Shown: positions 36,959 through 49,200 of the stretch, one piece after another | How the letters are laid out: each line of letters starts with the position of its first letter | Numbering within the stretch: the stretch's first letter is position 1 | NCBI GenBank assembly: GCA_051362555.1 | Contig: CM120642.1 | Span: 26,474,001-26,538,000 of the forward strand | From: Lingula anatina | Lineage: Eukaryota; Animalia; Brachiopoda | Direction of reading: 5' to 3' | Length of the DNA stretch: 64,000 nucleotides | Notes under the pieces: generated by a model | Told to the model about the DNA's origin: nothing | Seen by the model: the letters and a program-made list of their open reading frames with translations, nothing else | Database searches by the model: none | Position numbers and translations under genes: made by a program

Positions 36959-39900
36959 TTAGATCACTGGCGTGGAAGGCACTTCCAGAATCTGGCCGCT
37001 TGCTACGAGGGGCATTTTCTCATCAGTATTCGGTAAAGATTTTCGAAGGACTTTGTTTCGTAACATGACGATGGCGCCAAATGCTAGCGCCGCCATCCAG
37101 AAGGCCCCCAACTCGAGGAAGAACACGGTTTGATATGAGCCGGTGGTGTCAAAGATTTCTCCTAAAAGAAATTTTAAAAAATTATGCAAATCAAACGGTT
37201 GCAAAATTAACGTGGCATACCTCTCCTATTTCGAAAAATGTATGATAACCACAGAAACTGAGTTTTTTAAAAAACAATAATGCCCTAAATCGTCAAACTA
37301 TCTATATTAAAAAAGATTCTACTGCTATATTGATAAAGGTCTCTAAATATTGTGATTATAGTTTAATGAACGGTTATTGATATTTCTAATAATTTATTAC
37401 CTGCAGCAACTATGCCCAGGATCAATGCTGTTCCACTGGCGAGACCACTTAAAGCAAAGAGTTCATGTGTATAATGCCCGTCCATGATTTCATCACACAA
37501 TGGGAACTTCAGGGCGCCCATCAAGCCCGTTGTAAAGCCCGCCACTGAAATATTAATAATTTACAGTCGTTAAGTAATATGTTACTGGTTTCCAGCTAAC
37601 TGAGTTACTTTATCCGATGCTACATGTCAGGTAAGGAATGCAAACTCTAAATGTGTATTTCACAGGGACCAGACGAGGAAGCACTGGTGCCAGTGCGTAA
37701 CAGCTCGAGTTAATCTGCGCGGCACGAGGCACGAAATAAATTAATAGTAAAAGGATACGGTGACTGATTAAAGTCTACAGCGAGAAATTCGTGAAATGAA
37801 AAAGTAACGTAAAACGTTAATTATTGTCGCCATGCCGCCAATTATATTTCATAATATATATATTTCCTGTATCATAAATTTCCATACGTACTGATGGCGT
37901 AGGACAAGACCAGCGCGTAGCCAGTAGAGAAACCCATGAAGAAGTTCTGTATGCCTAAAAGAAAGCAGCACACGGCAGACAGGTAGACGATCCTTCCCTT
38001 CACCAGTTTGTCACTGGGTAGTGTAATCAGTATTCGGCCCACGAGGTCAGATGCAGAGAAGACTGTGACTGCGAAAGCTCCTGTTGACTCGTGGAAACCG
38101 AGAGTCTCCATATGCTTAACCTAAAGAAAAAAAAAAGAAAAGATGTCTTTTGGTGTTTCAGGGAAATTGGCAACAATACACAGATGACCTCCCATCGAAC
38201 CAAACAAATTAAAATCCTTCACTGAAAGCATGACTTCTGCAGGCCTGTAGCCAGCAATTTCAAAGGGGGGTCTTTTTCTGAAAAAGTGGACCTTTTACCA
38301 TATAATCCCCATGTACCTAGGTCAAATTTACCCTGAGTGGACCTTTTTCCAGCAAAAAGGGGGGTTCTTTCGAACCCCCCGAACCCCCCTGGCTACGGGC
38401 CTGTTCTGTATATTGGGGATGTTTTTTTTCAAAGGGAATAATCATTTCATATATTATTACACATTTAACAAAGGGTGTCACCCGAGAAAGCCTAACACAA
38501 GGCTGTGTAACAAATGTCATGTGAGATAAGAATCCGCGTGAGGTGTGATGAACTTTTCAGCGATACAGTTGAAACTCTGTGCGCCCATAATGTCATTTTA
38601 GAAAACAATACAAAATGGACAAGCAAAACATCAAAATGAATCGTTGCTGTTGTGCAATAAACTGTAATTCTGAACTTTAGATAAAACTACCGGGAAAATA
38701 TACATGAATAAATTCTGTTAATTTTTTATTCGTTGTCGCAACGCAGTTATCTCGGATGATCCCTTTATCGCAACCCTATTTCACGTACCAATATGAACGT
38801 GGGGTCAAATACGACAAACGCCCAGCAGAAGACGGCTGCAAAGAAGAGCAATCCGGCACAAACAACAACAAACATCCCTGTACTCTCTGTCAGTTTTGAT
38901 TCGCCGTGCCTTCTTTGGTCTTTAGTGTCTTCTTGTGCCTCCTCTTGAGTTGCCTCTGGCGCGTCTCTGATACAGTAGGCACCGGCGCCTCCCACGAGTA
39001 AGTACAACGTCCCGTATGTTACAAATGTCATGTTCCAACCAATCCTGCCTATTAAAGCAGCCGATAGCGGGTTAAAGAGAAGGGGTCCTGAAAAGAAGTT
39101 ATAACTACTTTAAAGTTTAAACAGGTTCTATATTAGCTAGGCAAACTTTCCACTGGAGGGCAAAGTAACGGGTAACATTTTCAAAACAAAATGAAGGATT
39201 CAGTCCCAATCTTTTCTCAAAGGGGGATAAAAGCAATGTACTGATGCCTAAAGAAACACACTAAAAATATTACTCAAAAGTGTAAAACGCAACAAATTTC
39301 ACATTTCCGTAAACAATGTTTTCAAAGTAGAGATGGAAAAAAGTGATCCCCGTTTCTGGTTCTGCCATTTTATTAAAATCTGAATGTTTTTGTTAAAGAA
39401 CTACATTCTTTCTGCATAATTCTAACACATATATTTTTTTGCTCAATCTCAGTTCACATCTCAGTTTAAAATGAACTTTTTTTTGCAAGGAGGGTACCAA
39501 AATGAAAAGTAAGAAATGAATTATCATTTATATCAGGACAAGAAAAATCTAAATTCCATATTTAACGAGTGCTCACCAAGGCTGTTGGACCATCGCGGAA
39601 CGCTAGTTGTCAACACATGATACTCGTGGTCCCTTGGGAAGTATTTGTCCAGCAAGAAGAAGACAGGTTTGTTCATCAACAACATGCCACTTCCGGTCAG
39701 CAAACTGTACGTAAAGAACAGCTGCCGCGGGTTACCGGCGATTCCAGACAAGTACAACCCAGTCGAGGCCGCTAACACGCCAATGACAACGGTGTTCCGG
39801 GCCCCAATTTTGCGGACTAGTATCAGAGCAATAGGGGTGCCAGTTTCCACTACTCCATAGGCTACTGCTCCAACCCAGGCTGAAATTATTATGGAACAAA

Positions 39901-42582
39901 AGTCATGAACGATAGCAGGACAACTTTTACAATTATACTGGACTGGTGCTAATAGCTAAAGGAGTCTATTGCGAGCTAAGAATTTGCTCGGCAATGCAAA
40001 ATAAGTTTCTTAAGCAGCATCGCGCCTTCGAATCACTCTGAGTTTCAAAGAATACTTAAACTAGCTCCTGTCGTAGATATGATTTTGTGGTTACAAGAAA
40101 CAGCAGAGGCAGCCAGATAATAGAGGTCAGTTTCAAGTAGCCTCTGAAACTCAGGGTGCTTGAAATTTCGTATTATAGAATATGCCGCATATTGATCTGT
40201 ATGTATGTATCTGTAGAGAATATTCTGTTGCTTTTTTTTCTTGCTGGTCCAATCTTGCAATATTTCTCCACTTCTTGTTGGAATTTCGATTGAAAGTTTC
40301 CCTATATACCAATAAAACCCGATTTTAAAAAAATACACATGCAAATATGCGTATATCACGTCTCTTGGTGTTTCAAATTGCTTTCATGATAGCAATTCGT
40401 TAAGTACAGAAAGCCGACGATCATTCTTCAAGCTAGATTTTATCTTCTTTAATTATTAAATCATATCACGCATTTTTGCAACATCGGGATCATATTATGT
40501 ACGACAACACATAATACATCAACAGGTTTGTCGAAATTTTATGCAATACAATATTGTTCTTCCAATAGTTCTTCCGTATTGCCTTCTTCATCAAGGCTTA
40601 TGGATAGAACTGCATCGCAACCAGGTCATCTTACACATCTTATATTTAGTTTGTGTTCTATCTTTAAAGTGCTTACTTCAGTTTATTCAAGTTTGACAAA
40701 TTGTAGTCAGATAAATGAGATGCATGGGCATGTACTGCTGGGGTATTATTGGTATCAGCACGCGAAGTACGCACAACTAAGCACCTAATACACTACCGGT
40801 TCACAAATACTTTTATTTCCGATGGAAAAATCACAAAATAAAATAACAAAAACCCATGTGATTTTTCCTTTGAAGTTAGATATGAATAAAACTAGACCAT
40901 TTTTATCAAGACAGATACAAAGTATTGACATACAGAACTCGGAGAAATGGTACTACATATATTCAGCAGTTTACTGCAAGGAAAGTGACGTTTTTATTGA
41001 GTTTACTTTTAGTTAAATTTTCATCTTATCCTAATTTCGTGTTTTGCATAATATGCCCAGTTGCTATTTTCTGAATCTATTTATTCCAGTGAGATAATGT
41101 ACAACCATTCTAAACAAAGGATATCTATATTATTACCAGATGCTTCAAATATATATGAGCAAAGAGTAATCAAATTTGCATGAAATACAAAACCGCTGTG
41201 AAAAAAAAAGCAAGAAAAAAAACCTGAGGTACGTTTTTTATTTCCAAATGAATTAACCGATGTTGCCTTAGCATAAAAAACTACAATAAGTCTCTTTCTT
41301 AGTAACAGTGAAACATTATAAGAGCTCTAATCTGGAAACAGGGTACACTTTGGGGCACAAGAACAGGTTAAGGTCAGTGTTAATCGCAGTGGGCACGCCA
41401 TGTCACATAATGCTACATTATGACCACGGAATAGCCTTTGTGTCTGTGTGATTTATTCTCTTGTCGCGGTACCACATGGAAGAGATTTGTCACTGCTTCC
41501 TTTTTTTTTAGTTTCTACTATTTAGTTCCTCTTCGCACGGGGACAATCCAATCATCAATTTGGTAGCGACTTATTACGAAAATAGAAATAGAAAAATACT
41601 CTTGGAAAATGTGTCATAATTCGGGGCATTTTATAATGCTTCTGTTGCGCTTAGCTCAATTTGTTTTCTTTTCTTTTTGGAATCTTGCCATCATGTCCTT
41701 CTAATGATTAGGTTGCGGAAAGTTGCCAAATATCAATGTTTTCAGTCCCTCTTGTGATGCAGGTCAGCAAAACTGGAACGCAGCATACTTTCTGGTTATT
41801 ACAAAGAGGATCTTTTTGTAGAATCATGCAGCTTGTTAGTAAGATAAATTGGCATTGTACTTCCTCAAGGTTGCGGTTCAGCGGTAAGGGGACGATGTAG
41901 CACAGTCGCATGCTAGCTTAACGATAAATTTTTATTAACTATTAATGTAATGTACAAGACAATGCATGAAAAAAGGCTTTTTATCAAAACAGTAGAGAGG
42001 TTTTTACTTCTGGTGGGATAAGAGACAAAAACAAGAATGTACATAAAGCCTTCAAAAAAGGTGATTGCCAACATTCGCCTCGTTGAGAGGTGTTAATAGC
42101 CCCAAATTGAAAAGTACACTGGACAGTCACATTAAAACATCTCTTTGTAGTTGTGGTAAAAGTTTTTAAAACAAGAAACGAAAAAAAAGCCAAAAATAAG
42201 GCGACACAGTTTTGAAGTCAACTCGATGGATGGTGTACCAAACCAAAACGGTGAATAACTTTTCCACTTTTTCGGCAAACATGCACTATACGCAAGGACA
42301 ACCCCATAAGTAATGGGTGGATATTCATTAAAACAAAAAAGAAAAAATAACAAGACTACCATTAAGTACGTAATTTCTGTGAACCTGAGGGTGAAAATGC
42401 ATACTTTCTTAAATAAATATAGAAAAATGCGAGCGAAACTTACCTAAAGTTGCAACTTTGGTATCTTCTATTTCACGACTGAAATTCGCCAGAAAAACCC
42501 CATAAGAGTGTATAACGCCATGGACAAGAATTCGCAAACACAGCGCAATAATCAGACATATCCAACCCCACTTTAAATCCAT
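36959..42582 (-). CDS. SLC16/monocarboxylate transporter-family MFS protein, 6 exons
   Basis: Exons 42582-42444, 39879-39577, 39087-38789, 38120-37892, 37544-37401, 37161-36959 (TAA). N-terminal WGW...SYGVF, AWVGAV, KIGARNTV, LFFTYSLLTGSG, DLVGRI and GEIFDTTGSY match SLC16 patterns; about 12 hydrophobic segments. Confidence 0.87.
38240..38403. mobile_element. 164-bp hAT-like MITE with 5-bp TSD
   Basis: TIR CAGGCCTGTAGCCAG / CTGGCTACGGGCCTG (1 mismatch); TTCTG direct repeat at 38235-38239 and 38404-38408. Confidence 0.82.
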
Positions 42583-45500
42583 TTTTATCGAAATTAATAA
42601 AAATGCTTTGATCAAAGTCAAAATTCGAGTGGATTTGCGCGTTTCAATTACTCTTCATGCGATGACGTCAAGGCGGTTCTCTATCTTAAGAGCTATGAAA
42701 CGGTTCTTCGTGTGACAATCTCACATGACAGGGTTGCTGTTCTTGTCATCATTACTCTTTTTTAATGTGTTTTCCCTCTTTTTGGAGAAGTTGGAATGGA
42801 TAGAAAGGCACGTCCGCATTTTGTTAGGGAGGTGAGTTAAAATAAATTGTTTCATTTCTATTAACCGTGGCAAAGGTTAATTCAAGGCGAGAGGGATGAG
42901 GGTCAGGCCCCTTTTCTTTGTTTTCCCCCCACCATAAATAAGGAAGGGAAGGGGAAAAACAAGCAAACCATCTCTTTCTCCGCCCTCAAAAAATCCTGAA
43001 AGAATCCAGGTATAGTATCACGCCATCTGTGACTCATTGTTTTAATGTTTTTATGCAAAGAAAGGGGATTTGTTTGATGCCTTTAACACCTAATAAATAA
43101 ACCGTTTGGCAAATTACAGACAACATTCATAAGCATTGCGTGCTAGGGTGACAATATTTCTGTTCAACGTTTTTCTCTTGCGTCAAGGCCATTTGTAAAT
43201 GACATAATAGCTCTACAACTATTTATCTTGCTTTTTGACATTTTAGCCTCCATCTCGTAGATCTTCACGTCCACAGAATCATCTAAAAAGCGGCAATTTT
43301 TTTAATTTATCTAAAACACAATTCCTTTTACTTCTTTAAGATTGGAATTAAAATAGAAACTTTGGAACAGTTTAAATCACGGCCACGCATTGGTCTGGTA
43401 GATGTTCAACGTTATAATTAATGCATAGAAAGACTGGTTACCCGGAATCACATCAAGTATTAAGGTATGGACGTATTGACTCACAATCCACGTGTACACA
43501 ACGGCAGATGGTAGGTCAATATGACATGCTGCGCGGTGGATGCGGTAGATGAGATTCCACCGATTGCCAGAAAGAAACGCATTAAAATGCCAAAAGAACA
43601 ATCAATATTCAGAAAGGAAACTTTCAACCATTCTCATCACTCTAACTTTTAGCTCATATGTAATTATCATAATTTATGCTTTAGAGACAACTTAGGCGAG
43701 TTAGTGACTAGGCATATACATTTAACTACGGGCTTCACTATCAAGGCCTCTGATCGCAATCATTTCTTATCTATTTTAAAAAACTACCAAAACGCGTTTT
43801 AAATAAAGAAATTGGATCTCGCCCCAACCTTATCGTTCTAAATGTTTAAAATACACAATACTAAATTACAAAACTTGTCCTATGAAATTTACCCTACTTC
43901 ATTTTCCCGCTTTGCATTTTCGCGAATAAATAAAACAAGTAACAAGTACGTCGTGTACTTAAAATCAACCTCAATGTTTTATTTGGCATTATCACAACCC
44001 AAAGACCAAGGTTGCAACATCTCATTACAGTATCATACTAGTCAATTTCGATTCTTCTGATAAATTAACAAATGCACTTAAGCAATCAAATATCAACCTG
44101 AGAAAGTGAGGGATTAATCAGCTAACGTCTCACACAACGTTCAAATTGGTTTTGATAGCGAAGTTAATTAAGCAATGCGTGAAAGAGTAATGCATACATA
44201 AAACGTAGGCAAAGAGTAGGCTATGTTCGCTCTTGATCTGCTAATACTCTCAAAGATCCAAGTGACTATACAGCTTCATTTGTATTATCAACTTAACATA
44301 CTAAATTCATCAATGACCTTCACTGAAGGTCAACCTTCCAGTCTTACGTCACCTGTTTCTGTGAAGAAAAAAGGTTAATGGCATAATAATCCTTATTCAA
44401 GATAACAACCTTAGTTAAAGCTACTTGGTAAGTGACAATGAGGGTTTGAAATGTACTAAGAGAGCTAGTAGGCAACTTTGTTGTAAATCTATAAATATCC
44501 TTTAGAGTAGAGTACAATATAATATATATTAAATATAGTCTCATATTTAAGTAAAACCTCCAATGGTATTAAGTGGCTGCTTCATTTAGCCTGCTCTCTT
44601 TTTCTATATTTAATAACCAAAAAACCAATCTGACCCAAATTAACCAAGTAACGAGAAACTTTTTTTTCAACATTGCCTTTCCGCATATGCTCTCAAAAGA
44701 GTTACCAGCTAGCAAAATGTACCCAATAATATTAGAATTTCAAAAAAGAAAAGTATGGCTAAAAGTGACAGAAAGGGAAAACGACTTCATGAAATGTTTA
44801 AACATGTCTGAAAAGAATCAAAGAACCACTGGGGATTGTCTTCAATTAAATTCATAACTACATACTAAAACACATCTAAATTTGCAAAAAAAATAATTTC
44901 ACTAATGCTGAACACTTACACAAAATACTCAGTCAACTTTTTCTACTGGGGTATCTAGTATATAGGTGAGATGCATATTTCAATTACCGTATATTGGTTA
45001 ATCACAAAACCAAAACATAAAACTTTGAGGATAATAATTAAAAGTTGCGGCAACAAAACTTCTCAAGGGGAAGAATTGCCGTCAAGCACAAATGCATTAA
45101 GTGAAATGCATTTGTGAAATTCTCAGAATCCTTTATGATGTCTAATAAGGCTTGAAAAAAGAGCCATAAAGTTATAGTTGTCCAACGGTTGTCCGGGCAT
45201 TTAGCTATTTTATACCATGACTGGCACTTCAAACAATAGGATTAATGCACTATTTAGGCATAGATGATTGCCTATATTTTCATATGCTTCAGTGCGTTTA
45301 TCCTTTTGTTGGATATGCCAGCCATGGTATAAGTCAGTAACAACTACTCGTCGTCTTCTGTTTGTGACGTAAAAGAGCATATTATAATATTATTCTCAGC
45401 TGCACTTTGATATAATTATTCTTGTATGTCGCAAACAGTGGACAACTCGTGTGGTAACTAGTTCTTATTCTAATATATACTTTATGTTTCACTGCTACTT

Positions 45501-46297
45501 CAATTAACCAACAGGAAGTCAATATTTTGCCACTGTGCAAGGGGCGATTGCAAAGTTTTGATAATGACCCTGTAAGGAGCAGTCTTTCATCTTTTGTATT
45601 CTGAGAAAGCTACATTTGAAATTTTGACTCTCTGCATGGCAGTTCAGGATGCTGTGATGGAGTATATCTACAAATAATGATAAATAAATTAATAAAATAA
45701 TAAATATTAAAATCAATAAATTGAAATAATCTAGTATAGATCTAGTATATCTATAAAAATAAACAATAAAGAAATAGTAATAATAATAATAATAAAGAAA
45801 GAAAGAAATAAAATAAAGTAAATAAAAATTATAGAACATCTCCACCGTAATCTATGAAGACATGCTACAAGCATTGAGGGACAATGCATCATCTTATGTA
45901 AAGTAAAATGCTGGACAGCTGCTCACAAAGCAAAAGATGGCAAAGCACTGTGTACATTTTCTAGGTCAGAATGAAAAATTTTTTCAATCACCCCTTGCAT
46001 GTTCTTTCCTTCCTTTAAATAAGCAATACCACTAGTCTTAAATGAGCTAAGCTTTTACCTACTAATGAAAAGGTCAAGACAACTTTTGCAATTAATACAT
46101 TAATAAAGTCTGGGTTAATTAACTCTTCCTTAATCACAAACAGTAATGTGCCACTTAATCAGCATATATGAATCCAATACATGGTTTTACAAAAACAGAC
46201 AATAACCATTAGTGTCAAAAAGTCTACTTCATTTGGCAAGTTTTAAGTCAACACTTCATAAGACACATGGATAAAAAAAAAAGAATCATAGTCCAGT

Positions 46298-49200
46298 TTA
46301 TTTAACACCATTGGAAAGTTTTGCTTGAGCCGATTCCAGAGATGTTTCGTTATATACATCAAGCATTTGTTTACGGACATGTTCTGTAAGATCTCCCACA
46401 TTTTCTGCCGTGAGGCCTTCAGTGGATATTTTTGGAAGGACTGTGATGATGAATTTGCCTGAAAAATTAAAAAATAAAAAAAGTATTTTTTCTGCGTATT
46501 TCTCAGATTTAATTCAATTTTCTATCAAATTATGTGTGAAAATAAAAACTACAACTTACACTTAATCTTTAAACTATGAATTAAAACCTACCAGCAACAT
46601 AATCATGTCAAGTGATATGAATGAATGTTCAAAAACAATGTTCTAAAGATACAATAATAATAATTTCCACAGACGCAGTCCTAAACTGTAGATATGTACT
46701 GCAAAAAAACTATAATCATTAAGTTATCTATTTTACCTGTTCCGAATTTTTTCTGTTTTTTGTTATAAAACTCTGAATATGAGGACATAACAACCGGTAC
46801 CACTGGGACCTATGAAATAAAAACATTGGTGAAGGAAAAAAAAACTCAACAGAAACATGGAATTATTTTCTAAATCAATAATAATGCAGATGAACTTCAT
46901 CAAATTTTTCTCACTCTAATAAATAACACCAAGCAGGGTATCTATTTTATTTAAATTTTTTGTGTGCTTGATTTCCACAAAAAATTGCTAGTAATGGAAG
47001 CAGAGCACATGTATATATCTTAAAAGCAAGTTGTATCCTTTAAATTATTGAAATTTCCTCTCAGCTCAAAACCTGTGTTTTAATAAATATCAAAAATTCT
47101 GAGAATGCAAGCAGCCTACCCTTCACTTAGCTCGAACACAGCGAAGGAAAGTGTTTTTTAAATCTTTAATTCATTAGGTATTTCTGAGTAGAACTCCACA
47201 AACTGATGACAAAAATTCCAGAATATTATTAATGGTGCTAAGAAAACAGGTCATCAGTCCTTTTAGAGATTTTTTCAAAGCAACAATTCCATTAAATAAT
47301 CCTCTTAAGACTGAGACATACCTGACCCTGTATTGCTAAGTGAAATGCTCCTTTCTTGAAGGGTAGAAAGGATCCCCCAGCATTTCTCGTTCCTTCTGGA
47401 AATACCCACACCTTTAACTGGAAAAAATAGAACAGACTCACATGACAACAGTAAACCATTAATCAAATACAATCTCTTCAACACAGATTGTATTGTACAG
47501 ATTTTCAATAACTGTAGTAAGTCATAGAAGTATTTTCCAATCTGAAGACATATTAAGATTGAAATTACCACCACAACCATTAAAAAAAAAAACATTGCCA
47601 TAAACATACTTACATGTTTATCTTTGATTAAATTGGCAGTTTTTTCTAACGTCCCTCGTGCTTTTTCATTATTGAGCCTGTCTATAAATATGGTGCCTAT
47701 AAGCCACAGGCCCAAGCCAAGGGGGCCTGCATACAGCAGTTCCTTCTTTGCAAGAGTTGCACAGCGTTCGGGGAAGATCTCCATCATGCCTGGGAAGTAA
47801 AACCATCATCTTAGGCCGCATTCACAACCAAAGTTGAATTGTAGACTAAGGGACCATTCCCACAGATATTTGAATCGATCTATCTCCCTGGGGAGTCTCA
47901 CAAAATTGCTGTCAACTTAACCGGCTTAAATGTCTGTCACGCCTAGTAAAGCTGTTAGGGGGCAATTACCTTTACCCCCTAGTTGGTTCGGTAGGTGTGA
48001 GAGACATTAAAGCCAGTTAAGTTGATAGCAATATAGTGAGACTATCCAGGGTGTTAGACCGATCCAGATGGATCAATCTAGGCATGGGAATCCAGTCCAA
48101 CAGATTCACAGATTAAATATGGCCGACCCACTTGAAAGCTTATTGAGCAATCCCTGCAGGGAATCTTTTCAATTACTAGGGGATTATGTGGCAAGCTTTA
48201 GAGTGGGTCTGCCATATTTCATCCGGGGATATTTAAGACTGCGGATGAACTTGTTCTGAATGTGCCTTTATACCTGAGGGGGCCAGGTGAGTCCATGCTA
48301 TTTATCCATTTGTTACTTCTTTTATCTTTCATAAACTTCTTGACATATTAATCAAAACCAACTTACTTATTCATGAAAATGAACAGGACGGTTTTCTATT
48401 TCTTTTTCAGGAGGTAAAATACATACAGAGGACAAGATGTAAAAGACCAAGAAATGAAATAATATATTTTTTACTGAATCATTGATAAATTTCAGCTATT
48501 TACGTAGTTATCAAGACTATCTTTAAACTAAGCCAATTTTTCAACAATCTATTAACTTATAAAAATTTTTTACTTAACAGTACCATGAAACAGGAACGAA
48601 AACTGAGCTAACTTTTATAATAACTTATGATTATAATATACATTTAACAGCCTTTAAATCTTTCATTAATTGATAATCCATCAACAGTCATGACCTGCTT
48701 AATAACAGACTTTGGAATTTAAGGCCAGTGACACCTGACTTAAGGACACATGACACAGTAGGTCAGCACTCATTTTGGTCTTTGAGTAAATAAGGCCCCA
48801 TTTCTACAGACACCATCGGTCTATGTAAATCGATCCAACTCCGGGGACTCTCGCTAAGTGCAATCAGCTTAATAGATTAACATGCCTCCTCCTGGTGTTT
48901 GGTAAAATTCAGAAAAGCTGGTGATGTACAAATACATTGGAAACAAAAAGAGGCAGAGTTTGGTCCATCTACTAAGACCAATGGTGCCTGTGGGAATGGG
49001 GTCTAAGTGACCGTTGATGGATTACCCAAAGTGGTGACCACTGCCCACTAAGTCCACTCACCAATGAGATCTAATGAGCTTTGGTGATTACAGACTATGA
49101 TATACGATGTGTCCGATTTGAGGTGCTCTGCTCCCCTGACTTCTACAGCAATACTGAACAATGGCTTGATAATATGTTTTATACACCAGGCTGGGTATCT

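Noticed and set aside
40788-40815. Tc1-like terminus TACACTACCGGTT
   Set aside because: No matching opposite terminus was found in the window.
42600-46200. Short ORFs between SLC16 and AGPAT
   Set aside because: AT-rich, no recognisable motifs or consistent splice structure; likely AGPAT 3'UTR and intergenic DNA.
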